From Vicugna vicugna (taxonomy: Eukaryota): DNA of 64,000 nt. The DNA is taken from assembly GCA_013265495.1 (NCBI GenBank), contig MU058009.1, forward strand, positions 4,344,739-4,408,738, read 5' to 3'. Position 1 is the stretch's first letter. Each line of letters begins with the position of its first letter. The translations under genes and the position numbers were made by a program. The notes under the pieces are model-generated. The model saw only the letters and a program-made list of their open reading frames with translations, was not told the DNA's origin and made no database searches. Positions 1 through 13,188 of the stretch are shown here, in pieces.

Positions 1-420
1 TGCAGTGCTGACCCCAGGTGGTCTCTGGGATTGTGGTTGGTCCAAAGGTCCCCACACGTATGTAAGCTTCCCTGGTGCCCGGGGCGGCTCACCGTGCCCA
101 GACTGTCCGTGCGATGTGCTTTATGTTTCCTTCTCCCTGGACGTCTGGAACTTGGGTACCCACTAGGCAGAGTCTGTGCATAATCATCCCCGATTAAAGC
201 CTTGGGCTCCGGGTCTCTCACGGCTTCCTTGGGCAGAAACATCACACACACACGTGCTGCTGCATCGTCATTGCTGGGGGTGACTGTGCCCCACGTGACC
301 CCACGGGAGGGACGGAGTGTGTGGAAGCCTCATGTGGATTCCTCCCGACACCACCCACGTCGCTGACCCCTAGGATTCAGTTGTGTCTCCTCACTGTGTC
401 CCCTTTAAACTTACATCATA
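1..420 (+). mobile_element. ERVL-class LTR remnant, MER21-like (cut by window start)
   Basis: ctggaacttgggtacccactaggcagag...cccgATTAAAgccttgggctccgggtctctc...ggaagcctc resembles the recalled MER21 3' half. Boundaries approximate. Confidence 0.55.
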
Positions 421-604
421 CAAAAGGAATTCATCATGCGTGTCCCGTATTATTACAGGAAATGCACCACCATCCTGTGGCCCCAGACGGAAAATTATCC
501 ATTACCTTAGAGTGCGTCTGTTCACTCTACATATCTTTTCAATTTCCAAGTACAAGTTTGGTAGGAGGACTTGCAGTCCTCACAGATATCCTTTCAATAC
601 GTAG

Positions 605-1455
605 CTTTCTCTCCATCCCCACTGCCGCTGCCCCGTTAAAGCATGTATTATCCCTTACCAGGGTCACTGCACGACTTCTCCCACTAAGCTGTGTGTCTTC
701 CAGGCTTGCTTCCTCCACCCCACCCTCCTCTCTGCTGCGAGAGGGCGCTGTCTATCGGGGGCACCCGATTATGTCATTCTCTTGCTGGAATGTTCACATG
801 GTCTCCCATGCTTCTCAGGAATATCCTGAAAGCTTTTCGAATGTCGTGTTTAGATGCCTGCCCAAGTGTCCACACATAACATTCCTCATTCTTTTCTACT
901 ATTGCGTATTACTTATAAATATCTCTTTAAACACCGTACTCTTTTCTGCCTCTGAACCTTTGCACGTGCTGTTCCACTTGCCGGGAATCCTTTTCCCCTA
1001 TTGTCTTCCAGACTCTTTGCTCACGTCTGGCCTTTTAAAATCTCAGGGCAAATGTTACCTCTTCTGTGAACCTCCCCACCCCGCCCATCAGCAGCCCCCT
1101 TCACCCACAGACATACACATTCCCACCGAAATCAAGCACCACGAGAGCGCTGTACACGTGTGGATGGAATACTCTGTGCTGTTTCCTCTCTGAACCTGCA
1201 ATCTGAAATACCCCTGTGTGTGATGACAGTTGTGTTACACAACTCTCTGTCAGCTGAAAGCCTCTTAACGTGCGAACTCTGCCTCCATCACCACTTACAT
1301 ACTCATTCTGCCCACAAACAACGACTGGTCTCTCCCACTACATGCCAGGCTCTGTGGTGGGGACAGGAGCCACGGTAAACAGGGCTCCCTTCCTAGCCCG
1401 CCCCTTGCTCATGGCGGGTTTTCAGGAAATCTCTGTTGACTGTTTAAATAAATAC
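605..1455 (+). mobile_element. LINE-2 (L2) 3' fragment
   Basis: tctccatccccactgcc..., ctttgcacgtgctgttccacttgccgggaatcc, aaatgttacctcttctgtgaacctcccc and a 3' end like ..aaatctctgttgactgtttaaataaat are typical L2 blocks. Confidence 0.65.
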
Positions 1456-4400
1456 ACGACGGACTATCGTAGGTGCTCTGTTGTGTCATTCATCGGTTGA
1501 TGAGGAGAAAGACACCTGCAGGAGTCTCCTCCCGGTCATCAGGGAAACCCTGTGCGCTCACAGGGCGGGGACTGTGATTTGCCAGTTTACACAGAGCAAG
1601 TAAAAGTCAGCTTGAAGAGTGCTGTTAAAGCTGCCTCGATCAAAGGCCGTCGACATGCATATCCCAGAGGCAGAATTGTACCAAAGCATCCTCAAAGCCC
1701 AGGCCTCTCCCACAGACAGGTGCCGTCCACCTCCCCAGGCCGCCCCGCTCTTTTGTTTTCCCGGCTGCGCTGGCCTGACCCCGGCAGCACAGGGGGTCAT
1801 CTCCAGGCCGCCTGCTCTTCCAGGCGGCTTCCTTTGGCAGATTCTCTTGGGATCTGTGTCCTCCTGCTTCCAGCTACAGGGACCAGACCCAGATTTCAAA
1901 GCAACAAATGCGAGTTCTCCACCACTTGGTAGAATCTGCCTTCTCTGCCCTCTGGGCTGCACAGACTCTGGGGGGAAATCATGCTTGAGGCAAACACCGT
2001 TATTTCACTTGCAGCAGCTTTTATCTTTTGGGGGATTCTCCATCGCCTTGTGGACGTTTTAACAATGGACATCCATCTTCATTTAATTTTATTTGACGTG
2101 GGCCGTTTTCAAAGCCCCACATCGCCACTGAGAATCACTTGTGTTAGTAACTGACTTCTGCCAGCCTCTGTAGAGGAATGACCTTGGATGTGATCATTTA
2201 GAGGCACAAAATGGCTATATTCTGATTGGTTGAATTTTCTCCTAGTAACCCCATTAGTCTGGTTACTCGACACGGCAGTTCCTTGAGTGTAATCACCAGC
2301 CGGACGGAGGCAGGGCTTTCCTTACAGGGAGGTAACTTCGCTGGTTTTCTCAGTATGTCATCATCTCTAAGTACATATCTGACAGTGTCTAGGTAGATAA
2401 ATTCTGTGCGTACAAAAGCACAATGTACTCCCACAGAAGGAGAATAAATTTTAAAAATACGTATTATATGTTTCTCACAATTCTACTTATGCAAATAGCA
2501 CCAAAACATTTGTTCAGCTTTGGCTGGGGCTGTTTACCGTGTCCTCAGAGATGGTGGAGGTCCTTACCCACCCAGTGGGCACTAATCGTGGGGAAGCTTT
2601 CTTTCATTAGCAGAACCCCAGTCTATCCTTATTAGACCTCAAGAAATGCAAAAGCCCGAAACTCATAAATAGTCTCTGAGGCCTGATTCCAAAGCATGAA
2701 ACATGAGCCCCAGAGCACAACTGGACAGTACCTGTCCGCTCATACAGGCCAAGCCTGGCATGTTTTCCTTTGAGGGTTGGAATAAGGGTTAATCACATAA
2801 TCTAGGAAGCGCTCTGCAGCATGGCCCTGTGAATTCTCACAGGTAATGTCAAAAATTAACCTCACATTTGGTGAAAAGAACACAAAAGCTAAGAATTCCT
2901 TCAAGTTTTAAAAAAACAGCACTGTGATGTTAATAACACAGATGAAGTTTATTTTTATTAACTCCTACTTCTAAAATTTCAGCCCGTGTGCTCCAAGCCC
3001 ACATCTTATAATACTGTTATGTTTCATTGCCGAAAGTAACTACGTATTGATATTTCAGAAATGCTGCGGGGGCCTTTATGTAACTAGTTACTCCTTTATC
3101 TCAAGAATAAATAAATAAATAGCACTTCCTGTTTTACTTTTACTTATCTGGAATAAGTAGTTATTGACATCTGCTGAAGTCGATATAAAGATTTATTTAC
3201 CTGAATGCAAATATTGACCAATCGGGAGCCTGGCTCAGTGTTTATATTGAAGGACAATAAATGGTGATATTGACTGGGCTGAGACATCGATATTTGCATT
3301 GTTGTAAACATTTAAAAAATCTCCATGAACTATTCTTCAGAAATCCCCTTGTCACCAGGATGGCTGAACTACAGCTGTCTGGGGGGATAGCTTGTGTCTG
3401 GGAGCGAGTGGGGAACCTGAAACAGCTATAAATTGTTCTGGTTTCCAAGTTTACACAAAAACCCATTTCTTATGGTGACAGATAATGGAGATTATTAGGA
3501 GCTTTCAGATGACAACCCAAACCCCACCCCAAACAGAAGATTTTTGTCTAAAACTGCTCCCTGAGCAGAGATATTCTCTGTGATCGGCTTAAGTCTCAAA
3601 AAATCTCATGTTTTCTGAAGAATATCTGATCCTAATACACTGAAGCATCATTAATTCTATCCAGCCTGATTCATAACTGGGGATATTTAGACTCAGCCGG
3701 GATGAAATTTTCCTTTGTGTTAACAGTGGACAGAAAATGGTTTAAAACAAATTAAGGCAGTAAAATGATAAATTGAATACTTACTTATTCAATGGAAGAG
3801 AGAAATGTACCCAGAATCTTACAGCTGCCTGTGGGCGCCCGTGCGGTCCTGGAACGCCCTAAGGACAAGGGGTATTTATACTGCAGGTAACTTTGAACAG
3901 GTGGTTTGGATACATCCGTGGTTGCACACCTTTGACGACGCATGTTCACAGTATTGAATGTGCTTGAAAGAAATAAGGCACGGCCATTCCTTCATGTACA
4001 AATTAAGCTTCTGGCTAATTCATACCTCCTGATTATTTCTGAGTTGGAAAAGAGGCATAACCTGCCTTGGCCAGCCCCGTAATACTAGGCGAGTGACCCG
4101 CAGTGATGAGCCCCCCTTTGCAGAAAGGTCTGAGTACCCTCGTGCGGGCTTGGTGCCCAGTGCCTTCGTAAAGAAAGTGGCTTTGACCCACCCTGACCAG
4201 AGGGCAAAGAGTTTGGGAAGATGAGCAAAATGAGATGCCTCTTAACGTCTGGGCATGAATTGATGAAAACTTGGAATTTTTTAAACGTCTGCATCATGGG
4301 TATATTCCCAGAGGAGGAGAAATAGAAATAACCGAGAACTGCCCCACACGCCCTGCAGTGCTTAAGCCTTCCCTCGAGGCCGCTCTCCACGGCGCCCTGC

Positions 4401-4789
4401 TCTAAGCCAGTCCCAGGGGCTGACGGCGCCTTCAGCTAAGAGGGCTGAAGGGGCGGCCAAGGTGGGCAAGACTTAAGTGGGCCTTTCCTGTTACGTGAGG
4501 AGCTTCTGGGCGAAAGTGGAAATTTTCCTGCCAGTGGTGGTGTCTGAGCATGAAACACGCAGCTCCCGCCCAGCTCCCGTGGCAAGTCCCCGTCCCGCCA
4601 TCACCCTGGCGGCTCCGTTTCCATCTCCTGCCCCCAGCTGTTCTCGGTCACCCCCCTCCGGCCTCCTCACTCTCCCCACCCCTCCCTTTGGGGAAGCTGC
4701 CCTGTGCAGGTAGGAAGCGCTGGCTTCTCAGCCAGGTGGACCTGTCCCTGACCCCCAGAGGACTGACCCAGCCTCCCCCCCGACCCCCG

Positions 4790-4872
4790 GGGTCAGTGAA
4801 GGATTGTTGAGCGTATTAAATCAAATTAAATATGTGAAATACTTGGCAAGTAGAAGGCCTTCAACAGATGAG
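4790..4872 (+). mobile_element. MIR 3' fragment
   Basis: gaaggattgttgagcgtattaaatcaaattaaatatgtgaaatacttggcaagtagaaggccttcaacagatg resembles the MIR 3' end. Confidence 0.45.
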
Positions 4873-4914
4873 AACTCCCCTCCCTTTTCTATTTCCCTGG
4901 GGGAGGAGCAGACA

Positions 4915-5275
4915 GACAGACAGACGCAGTCACAAAGGACCGCAGCCCGCTGCCTTCACCGAGGGCCTCTGTGCCCTCGCGTCTGGAGGAAGGCGTCCAG
5001 AGCGAGGGGTGGGCAGGGGTGGCTCCTCCTGAGGCCTGGAGTTGTCCGTCTCTCCCCGTGTCCTCACAGTCTTCCCTCGGGGTGTGTCCAGGTCCTTTCT
5101 CCTCCTCTGGCAGGTCACTGGTCACGCTGGGTCAGGGCCACTTCGATGGCTTCATTTTACCTTAATCACCCTTTAAAGGTCCCATCTCCAAAATCAGTCA
5201 CACTGTGCACATCCTTCCCCGTTCAGGGCTCCACACATGAACGTGAGCACAGAGGGCACCGTGCAGTCAATGACA
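4915..5275 (-). mobile_element. MaLR solo LTR, MLT1A/B-like
   Basis: ctcctcctgaggcc...gtgtcctcacagtcttccctc...cttcattttaccttaatcaccctttaaaggtcccatctccaaaatcagtcaca...atgaca matches the reverse complement of the recalled MLT1 consensus. Confidence 0.7.
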
Positions 5276-5929
5276 CCAGTCACTGCCTGTCCTCTGCCTC
5301 CCAGGGTTGCACACTCTGTCTGACTCCTGCCCGGTCGGTGCCTGTGACACAAAGGACAGGGCCTGAAGGAGGTGACGCCCAGCCCGCCCGAGGCCACCAT
5401 CCTCAGGCTCGGAGACCCTGGGCACGATGGCTGGGAGTCTGAGCTGTGGTTTCGCGGGGTCCGCACGACGAGAGCACGGGTAAAGATGGGGAAGGGCTCG
5501 CTGGCCTTGGGGGGGGCGGTAGCGGGGGGGCCGTCCTGGGCCGCTCTGCGGGATGGTGGGAGGAGCAGGAGGCAGAACCAGGGGCGCTCTCTGCTGCCCC
5601 CCCGCCCTCCTTGCGCTTTTCCCCCCAGCCTGCCCGGCCTCGCGCCTTCCCGGCTCCTCGCTGCCTCCCGCTGGACCCCGGCTCTCTCAAGAGCCATCAC
5701 AGCGGTGTCCCCTCGGGCCACCTGCCCCTTGCAGTACTGGACCTTGACCCTCCTCTTCCCTTGGGCATGACCTGGGAGCCGCCCTGGCTTGTCACCCCCC
5801 CACCTCCTCCTGTGACCCCAGGAGCATCGGAAGCTGCTGCTCTGAACCCTCCTGTGTCTCTCTCCTCACCTTTATTGAAAAAAGTGAAATAGTCTTTTTC
5901 TTGTTATTTTTGGTATCACTGGGGCTGCA

Positions 5930-6320
5930 GGTTGCTTTTAGCCATTCACCAACTGAGCCCCCAGCCTTTGGGCTGTTATGAACAAAGGGGCGACAGGCGT
6001 GTCATGCCAAGGTCTGTGGGCAGACGTGGTCTGGTTTTCCTTTGGTGAATACCCAAGGGTAGGACTGCCGGGTTGTATGGTAAAGCATTTGTTTTACTTT
6101 ATTAAAAACTGCCAAACCACTTTCCAAAGCGGATGGACCATTTTATATCCTCACCAGATTCGGACCAGAGTTATTATTCTGTGTTCCTGTGAACATTTTG
6201 TATTTTAGAGTTTTTTCATTTTAGCCACTTGATAAGGGTATAGTGGTAACTCAGTCTGCATTCTTCTCGCCTTTTTGAGCCTCTTTAAAATCGCTGTATA
6301 CATCCTGAAGACAATGGAGC
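5930..6320 (-). mobile_element. Old L1M fragment (ORF2 3' end), antisense
   Basis: ttggtgaatacccaagggtaggactgccgggttgtatggtaa...aaaaactgccaaaccactttccaaagcggatggaccattttatatcctcaccag...ttttagccac is a classic L1 antisense block. Confidence 0.8.
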
Positions 6321-9300
6321 GGGAGTCTCTTGGTCCAGGAGACCGTCCTTCTCCATCACAGCCCTGACCCGGGGGCCCGCCCTCTGCCCACTCCTGGCCG
6401 GGCTCAGGTGCAGTCAGGTGTGGCCGCGGTGTCACCTGGGGTTGCTTTGCGGGGTGCCAGGGCACCACCGCCTCCCTTCCCCCTGCTTCTTCTCGACCGT
6501 CACCTCCAGCGGCTCCCCTGGGATCAAATTTGCAAAACGTGCTCAGCTCGTGGGCCCAGCGGCTGCGGAGGAGCTGATTTATTCTTGAGAGCACATCTCC
6601 TTCCTCAGGAAGAAATGAATCTTCCCGCCCCCCTCCTGGCCCTGCTGGCTGCCAGTCCTCCAGCTGTCGGCCTCCGTCCTGGCCGTGACAGATGACTCCC
6701 GCTCCTCGGGGTCCTCACAATTCAGGGCACAGTCCACCCTCTTGTCGCTGGTACTCCTGCTGATGCAGCCACTCCGGCTAATCCCGCTGCAGCCTGAGAC
6801 CAGCGGAGCTGCGCTCAGGGCGGCCACGGGTGGGCAGTGCGGAGGGACAGCGGCAGCCTGTGAACCTTCCCCAGGGAGGAAGACCCCCGCCCCAGGGGCT
6901 CTCCCGGAGACTTGGCTGCAGGGTGACACCCGCCCATTGATCAGCACCTTCAGTGTGAGTGTCCGGGTCCTGCGAACTAACAGCTTCTGACACTACACAG
7001 CGTTCTCCAGTTTACAGAATGCTTCCACATGTCTAAAATATTTAAGCTAATCTGTAAAACGTAGGGTAGGTATATTCATGCCCCCTCATCTCAAAGGGAA
7101 CATGGGAAGCAGCGTTCTCCAGACTGCACAGTGACCAGCTGGACCTGAGACTAGCCAGGTGACTGACCCTGCAGGGCGTCCCTGCCCGTCTCAGCAGGCT
7201 GTCGCTCTGGGTCCATCGCGAGGGAAGTGGCTACACTGGTGGCTGGCCTTTCCAAACAGGCTTGTGCTCCTGGTGCCTGCTTGGCAGGGGGCCTGGTCTG
7301 AAGGACTGGAAGACGAAAAGGAAGGAGGAGCACAGAAGTGCTGCCAGGGAAGACGCTGGGAGAGAGACAGCAAAATCACCTGTGCTCCACAGTCCCCACA
7401 GCCGCCACCACCAACACAACGGTCGGTTTTGGCCGCTGGTCAAGCTCCCTGTTACGTCATGTGTCTAGAACTTTTCATACCTCACTTCCACGTCTGAGGA
7501 AACTCGGCACTCAGTGGCTCTCCCCTGAGCACTCCTGCTAGGGGACATGTGAATATGGGAGGGGGTGCCTGGTTGTCAGAATGACCCTCTCCTGGCACCT
7601 AGGAAAGTGGTCCAGAGACCCTGTCCATCAGCACTGCACAGGGCAGTCCCACCTGGAGGTGAAGCCACCTGACTCCCTGGAGCGTCACTGCTGAGGGGCA
7701 CGGCACATTTAAGAGGCTTTGACACTGGTCCGTGGACGCTGGGAGCCTGGATGACAGCCTGCTCTATCTTCCCCGTGTGTCTGACTATCTATCCTTCCTT
7801 GGAGATACTTTGCTTCTTCGGTGCTGTGTCCCCCTTACTCCTGAAATGACTCAACCTTGGAACAGCCCCCCACACCTAGTACGTGGACAAGGACTTCCTC
7901 CATTACATTCCTCCTTAGTGTATATTTAGTCTTTAGAGTCTAAACCGTTAGAGACTGTCAGGTGGCTGAAGACGGAGAAGACGCTGTCAAAGGGCCCTGG
8001 GTCATTCCTCCTCCTCGTCAGAACCATCTGTCTCCACAGTTTTAAGCCCTGGAGGCGAGGTCAGTCTCAGTTCTGTTTGGTGCAGAGCTGAGTGTTTTTC
8101 TCACGTGCAAACAGTGGTGCAGTGATGATGGTCAGGGTCAGAATCATGATTCCTGCACGTGGAATATGCCAATAAGCTTCCAGATGCCTAATGTTCACAA
8201 GGTACAGCATGAAAAACGGAAGGAACGTGGAGCTTGTGGCTCTGATGTGCTGTCTGGGGACACCTCCCCCCGCTAATGGAGAGGAGCCTTCTTGGACCAG
8301 CATGGGGCCAAGCATCAGGCTGGGCATGCACGTGACCAGGCAGAGGGCCCTCGAGCGTGTGTGTGTCACACTGCGAGTGCATAGGAGGTTGAAGTTCTGT
8401 GCGTTCCTGAGGGGGAACGAACCCATCTGGTTTATAAGGAAAAAAATAAACCACTAAAAAGACCTGAAAAGGGATCTGAGAGGCTGGACAACGCCTGGAG
8501 GACGGCGTTACAGGAAGTCAAGTGCAGATGACTCAGGGCCTTGTGATTCCACGCCTGCTCCCCAATATAGAGCATCTGAAAAATTGACTCGAAGGGGAAT
8601 AAGTGGCAAACCAAGTATTTTGCTGAAGAAAGAAAGAAAAGGTGCCTGGTGAGCGTGCATGCAAGTGTGTCCATAATCTAAAAATGGATGCATTTATGAC
8701 TTGGGGTCTGTGCACATCCCCAAAAAGCGTGCACAGGCGTACGCAACTGTGGAGACACACCCAGTGTCTGGGGATGTGTTTGGCGTACACGTGTCTGTTT
8801 GGAAGAGTACAGAAGGATGACCGGGGCCATTAGCCCGAGAAGCATTTCTGCAGCTGATGGGGGCAATGTGCGCTATCCCTGGGGACAGGACTGTCTGGAA
8901 GTAAGCTTTCCGTTACTTCGTGCTCTGTGAGATGTAATCTCCTCTCTTGTCAAAAACCAGTGAGCACAGTGTGCCCTGCACGGAGCTTAGCACCAGCGTT
9001 CCTCTGGGAGTTGAAGCACATAGTTCGCCAGCCCGCGGACCACAGGGCGGCCGCAGCACAGCATGGAGAACATGACTGTCCACGGAGCCCGGGGCCCAGA
9101 GGGCTGTGAGCGCCCCAAGAGTCCCCAGACGACGGGAGGGGGCCCCGCGCTCCTCGGCGCACAAGGCCCCAGGTGTGCTTACAGGGCAAGTTGGTTTTAA
9201 GAAGCTGGAAATCACGGGGACGCCCGGGGTTCGGACGTGAGGTGAGACGCAGGAGGCTTGGCACCAGCGCTGCGCCGCGCACGTCGCTAGCTGCTCTGTT

Positions 9301-9399
9301 GGCCACGTTTGCAGCGAGCGTTTCCATCAGTTACAGCGCGTGCGTAGATTCACGTGTGCACCACCTGCGGAACTGGCCAGAATGCACCGCAGCCCTCAC

Positions 9400-10900
9400 C
9401 CCGGGGCAGCAGCCGTTCTGTAATCAAGCCCTTGCCTCTCTCTGAACCTGTGCTGTTCCGATTCCATGAATTCTGTGCGTCTGCTTTCAAGTTCGCTGAC
9501 TCTTTACTCTTTAATCTCCATTCCACTATTGAGCTTCTCCAGTGAACATCTAAAATGCAGTCCTAAATATTTCTCTGTGTTCATCGTTTATGGCTTCTAG
9601 TTCTCTATTGGAAATTTCTACTTTCATATTCATTTCGAGGGTGCTCGCTGTTACTCCGCGAGGCATAGTTACGCTCGTGGCTTCAGCGTCGCTGCCACTT
9701 GCAACATGAAGGCCTCCGCAGGGTTGCTTTCTGTTCATTGTCTTTGCTCTTGTGAGCTGTTTGGTGTTCCCTTGTTCTCCACGTGATTAGTCAAGTTGGG
9801 GTTTATTCTGCACATCTTGAATCATGTGTTTGTAGACTCTTGATCCTGCTAAAATCCTTTGAGAATATACCCAGAGGTAAAATCGGCTTTTCCGCCAGCC
9901 AGTGAGTCCAGCTGGGTCCACACCACAGTCTTGATCGCCCTGCTGCTGGCTGTGGTTCCCATGTCAGTTCTGCTTTCAAAGTCTTGGCCATGTTATTAAG
10001 ACACGTCCTCCACTGGCCAGCGAGGTGGCGGTGGTGGTGGCGGTGGTGCAGGCGTACACGATAGTCTAGCGCTCAAAGCGTTTGCTGTGCTGTTTTGGGT
10101 GAGTACCACACAGGCTCAGGGTGAGCCTGAGATTTCAGACATGTTTTTTGAGCTCCCTTCTCTCAGTGACTTCCTCCCACACTCCAGCTCCCGTGGGTCC
10201 CGTTTCCCGCCCTCCGCCTGGAAAGCAAAAGCTTTAACCTCCCGTTAATGCTCCTCACTCCTCGGGACTGAGTCAGCCTCCAGGGCAGCGCAGGGACAGA
10301 GAAGAAAGAGCAGGGAAAGGCGTAGCTGAAACGCCTTCACATTTTTCAGGCTACAGGGGCCCTGTCCCTTGGCTCCGCTGGTCACAAAGAAAGGTTTGGG
10401 GTTTGGGGTTTGGGGATGGTTTGCTTGTTTCTGCTTTTGTTCCTCAAGCTTTAGCTGGGCACTGCTGCTCCCGCCACGGCCGCTGCTCCGCAGCTTCCGG
10501 ACTGAGGCTCAGCCCCGGGCAGGGCCGAAAGGGAGAAGGGAGACAGAACAGGCCGCAGCAGCAGGAACAAAAAGCCACGTGCCTCATTCTCTCCATCTTG
10601 TAAGCTCTTCTCTCCCCACTCTCAGACCCAAGGCAGCGGGCTCGCCTGGACACTTTTCCAGTTGGTATCTGCTGCATGGCTTTAGAATTCTGGCTGCTCT
10701 GAGTCGAGAAAGACAGGAGGAAAAATACCAGAACACTTACCACGGTGGTGTTCCTCCCTCAGGCTTTGGCTTCCCTCCCCAGCTCACCTTCCGCTGTTTC
10801 CTTTTCAAGTGCTCAGATTTCTTTCAGTGTATTTTGTGTAACTGCAATGAGCGGGAGAGATTGGGCAAGCTGTGTTTCATTCCTTCTTAACCAGAACCGC
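9400..10900 (-). mobile_element. Very old L1 5'/ORF1-region remnant, antisense, fragmented
   Basis: ctttcaagttcgctgactctttactctttaatctccattccactattgagcttctccagtga... and similar T-rich antisense blocks. Heavily diverged; boundaries uncertain. Confidence 0.4.
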
Positions 10901-11269
10901 AGTGTAGTAGAGAATCAGTGATTAAATCAGTCTGATTTGCTTTTGGTCATCGCCGTGCATGTGTGATTTTAAACAATGTCTGTGAACAGACACCCCACTG
11001 CCCTGCGCTTGACAAACCATTGATATAGGAAAAATGGAAGCTGGGGACGGCAGGGAGTGTGGCTAGAGTCAGGTGTGTGTCTCGTGAGTTATCCGATAAT
11101 TAACTAGGGGCACACTTCTTCATCTGGGGGCTCCGAGTGTGCATTTGGATATAGATGTATTACTTTCATAGACCCTGTCCGTAAAAGTATAAACAAAGAA
11201 TGGATGTAAACTGAAAATTCTTCGGGTAATACTTTTATCCATTTATTCATTTAATAACTATATACCGTG

Positions 11270-12720
11270 AATAACTATACGCTACGGATACAGAAATGTT
11301 GCCTGCCATTGATGCGCTTTTAATCTGAAGGGAGAAACAGGTCAATGGGCGACCTGTTCAACATGATGCAACAAGCGTTATCACAGGAGGAGCACGAGGG
11401 CTTTGGAGTGGACGGCGAAGGGTGTCATCCCAAGGGCACCAGGAGGCTGAAGGCAGGGGTCTCGGAGGCGATGAGGTCTCAGCTGTGACCCCAAGGAGGA
11501 GGAGGGGACAGTGTCAGAGGCAAGGTGCTTCAGGTGACAGAGCGAGTAAAACCAGGGACAAAACACAAGTGGACATTCTTCTGGAGCTTCTTCAGTGAGA
11601 TTTGACCCAAGTGTGGAAATATATTAAGGGAAAAATGGTAAAGAAGGGGGAGGTCACGATGGGTCACACGGGAGTTGATGCTGAGTTTGGCTGACTTGGT
11701 CAGAGGCCCCTACCTACCTAATAGTATTACTGAAAATGACACTGTTTTCATAAGATGAAATAGATAATACCTGTGAACAAATTTTGTGGGGCCTTTAGAA
11801 AGTCAGAGGCTGCTTCAGTAGTCTCCAAAGTATAAGGTAATTCAGGCAAAAATAGGGAGAAGATGTTAGATTCAAGATACATTACAGAAGTAGAATCAAT
11901 GAGACTTAATGATGGATTTAGTATTATGGTCAGGGAGACATAAGTGTTGAGAATGAATTCCAGAGTTTTTGAATTGAGCAATTTGGTCAATAAAGGTGCT
12001 ATTTGTTGAAGAGAAAAACTGAAGGGGAATAAAATTTGAGGGAGAAAATCAAGAACCCCATGCTGGGTGTGTCACATTCGGGATGTCCGAGACTTCCAAG
12101 TGACCGTTTCAGGTAGGCCAATGCATATATGAGTCCAGGGCTCACGAAAGAGAAATGGGGTGGAGATATAAATTTGTGTGATTGCCATATATGTGGATGT
12201 ACAAAACTGAGAAATGTATGACATTTCCTGGGAAGTTATCGTGCAATAAGAAAAGGAAAGAATGCTTAGGACAGGCTCAGAAGAATCCCAATACACAGAG
12301 GCTGGATTAAATGGGAGAAGCCAGGAAAGGAGACTTTGAATGAGTGTTCAGAGAGGTAGATGGAAAACCAGGAAAACGTGGCATTAAAGAAGCCAAGAGA
12401 AGACCATGTAAAGGAGTTAGCTGTCAATGGCGTGGATCACTGCCCAGGAGTCCCTTAAGAAAACACTAAAATGCTTAGGATGGATTTGGCAACCTGGCAG
12501 CCCCTCGGTGACCTGGGCATGAGCGGGTTCGGTGGAGCGATGTGGGCAGAAGCTCGACTGGGCTGATGGAGGTACCACTGTGGGGTGAAGGATTCTCCAC
12601 AGCACATTTGGACAATACTTTCAAGGAGTGTGGCTGTGAACAAGGCCTGAGAAGTATGGGTCATTGGAGAGGAGAGGTGTCAGGGCAGAAGTTTACAAGG
12701 TGAGAAAACCTGGGTGGGTC
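11270..12720 (-). mobile_element. L2 fragment(s), antisense
   Basis: agtagaatcaatgagacttaatgatggatt..., ggagatataaatttg..., agaggtagatggaaaaccaggaaaacgtggcattaaagaagccaagagaag, ggatttggcaac and tttcaaggagtgtggctgtgaa are standard antisense L2 motifs. Confidence 0.8.
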
Positions 12721-12824
12721 ACAGCTGGACTAAGACCGGAAGAGCAAGCTGACACACGTGTCTAGAGTAAAGTCAATCGGTGGGACTGCCCAGAATATGT
12801 TTTTTTAAAATAATAATTACTGAA

Positions 12825-13188
12825 AAACCTAGGAACTGAGAACAGGGTGGTAGTTACCAGGGGCTAAAGATGGGCGTTGGCAGGGTGGGAGAAAGGGGGT
12901 CAAAAGGTAGAAACTTCTAGTTGTAAAATAAATGAGACCTGCAGTGTCATGTGCAGCATGGTGACCACAGTTGACAACACTGGCTTGCGTTTTTGAAAAT
13001 TGCCAAGATAATGATCTTAAAATTTCTCATCACAAGAAAAAAGACTCCTCACTGTTTATGGGGATGGGCGTTAACTAGACTTACTGTGGTGATCACCTTG
13101 TGATCCACACAAATATTGAATCATCATGGGATACACCTAACGCTTCTGTAATATTACGTGTCATTTATACGTCAACTCAAAAGAAAAG
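12825..13188 (+). mobile_element. L1MA-type 3' end, 5'-truncated
   Basis: ggtggtagttaccaggggct...gtagaaacttctagttgtaaaataaatgag...gcagcatggtgaccacagttgacaacac...gatcttaaaatttctcatcacaagaaaaa...cttactgtggtgatca, ending in an A-rich tail. Confidence 0.85.

Noticed and set aside
321-1193. 290-aa ORF, the longest in the track
   Set aside because: It starts at GTG, overlaps MER21-like and L2 remnants, and has no recognisable domain; a chance open frame.
4429-4451. Hairpin CCTTCAGC-taagagg-GCTGAAGG
   Set aside because: An 8-bp stem is expected several times by chance in 64 kb and is too short for a pre-miRNA.
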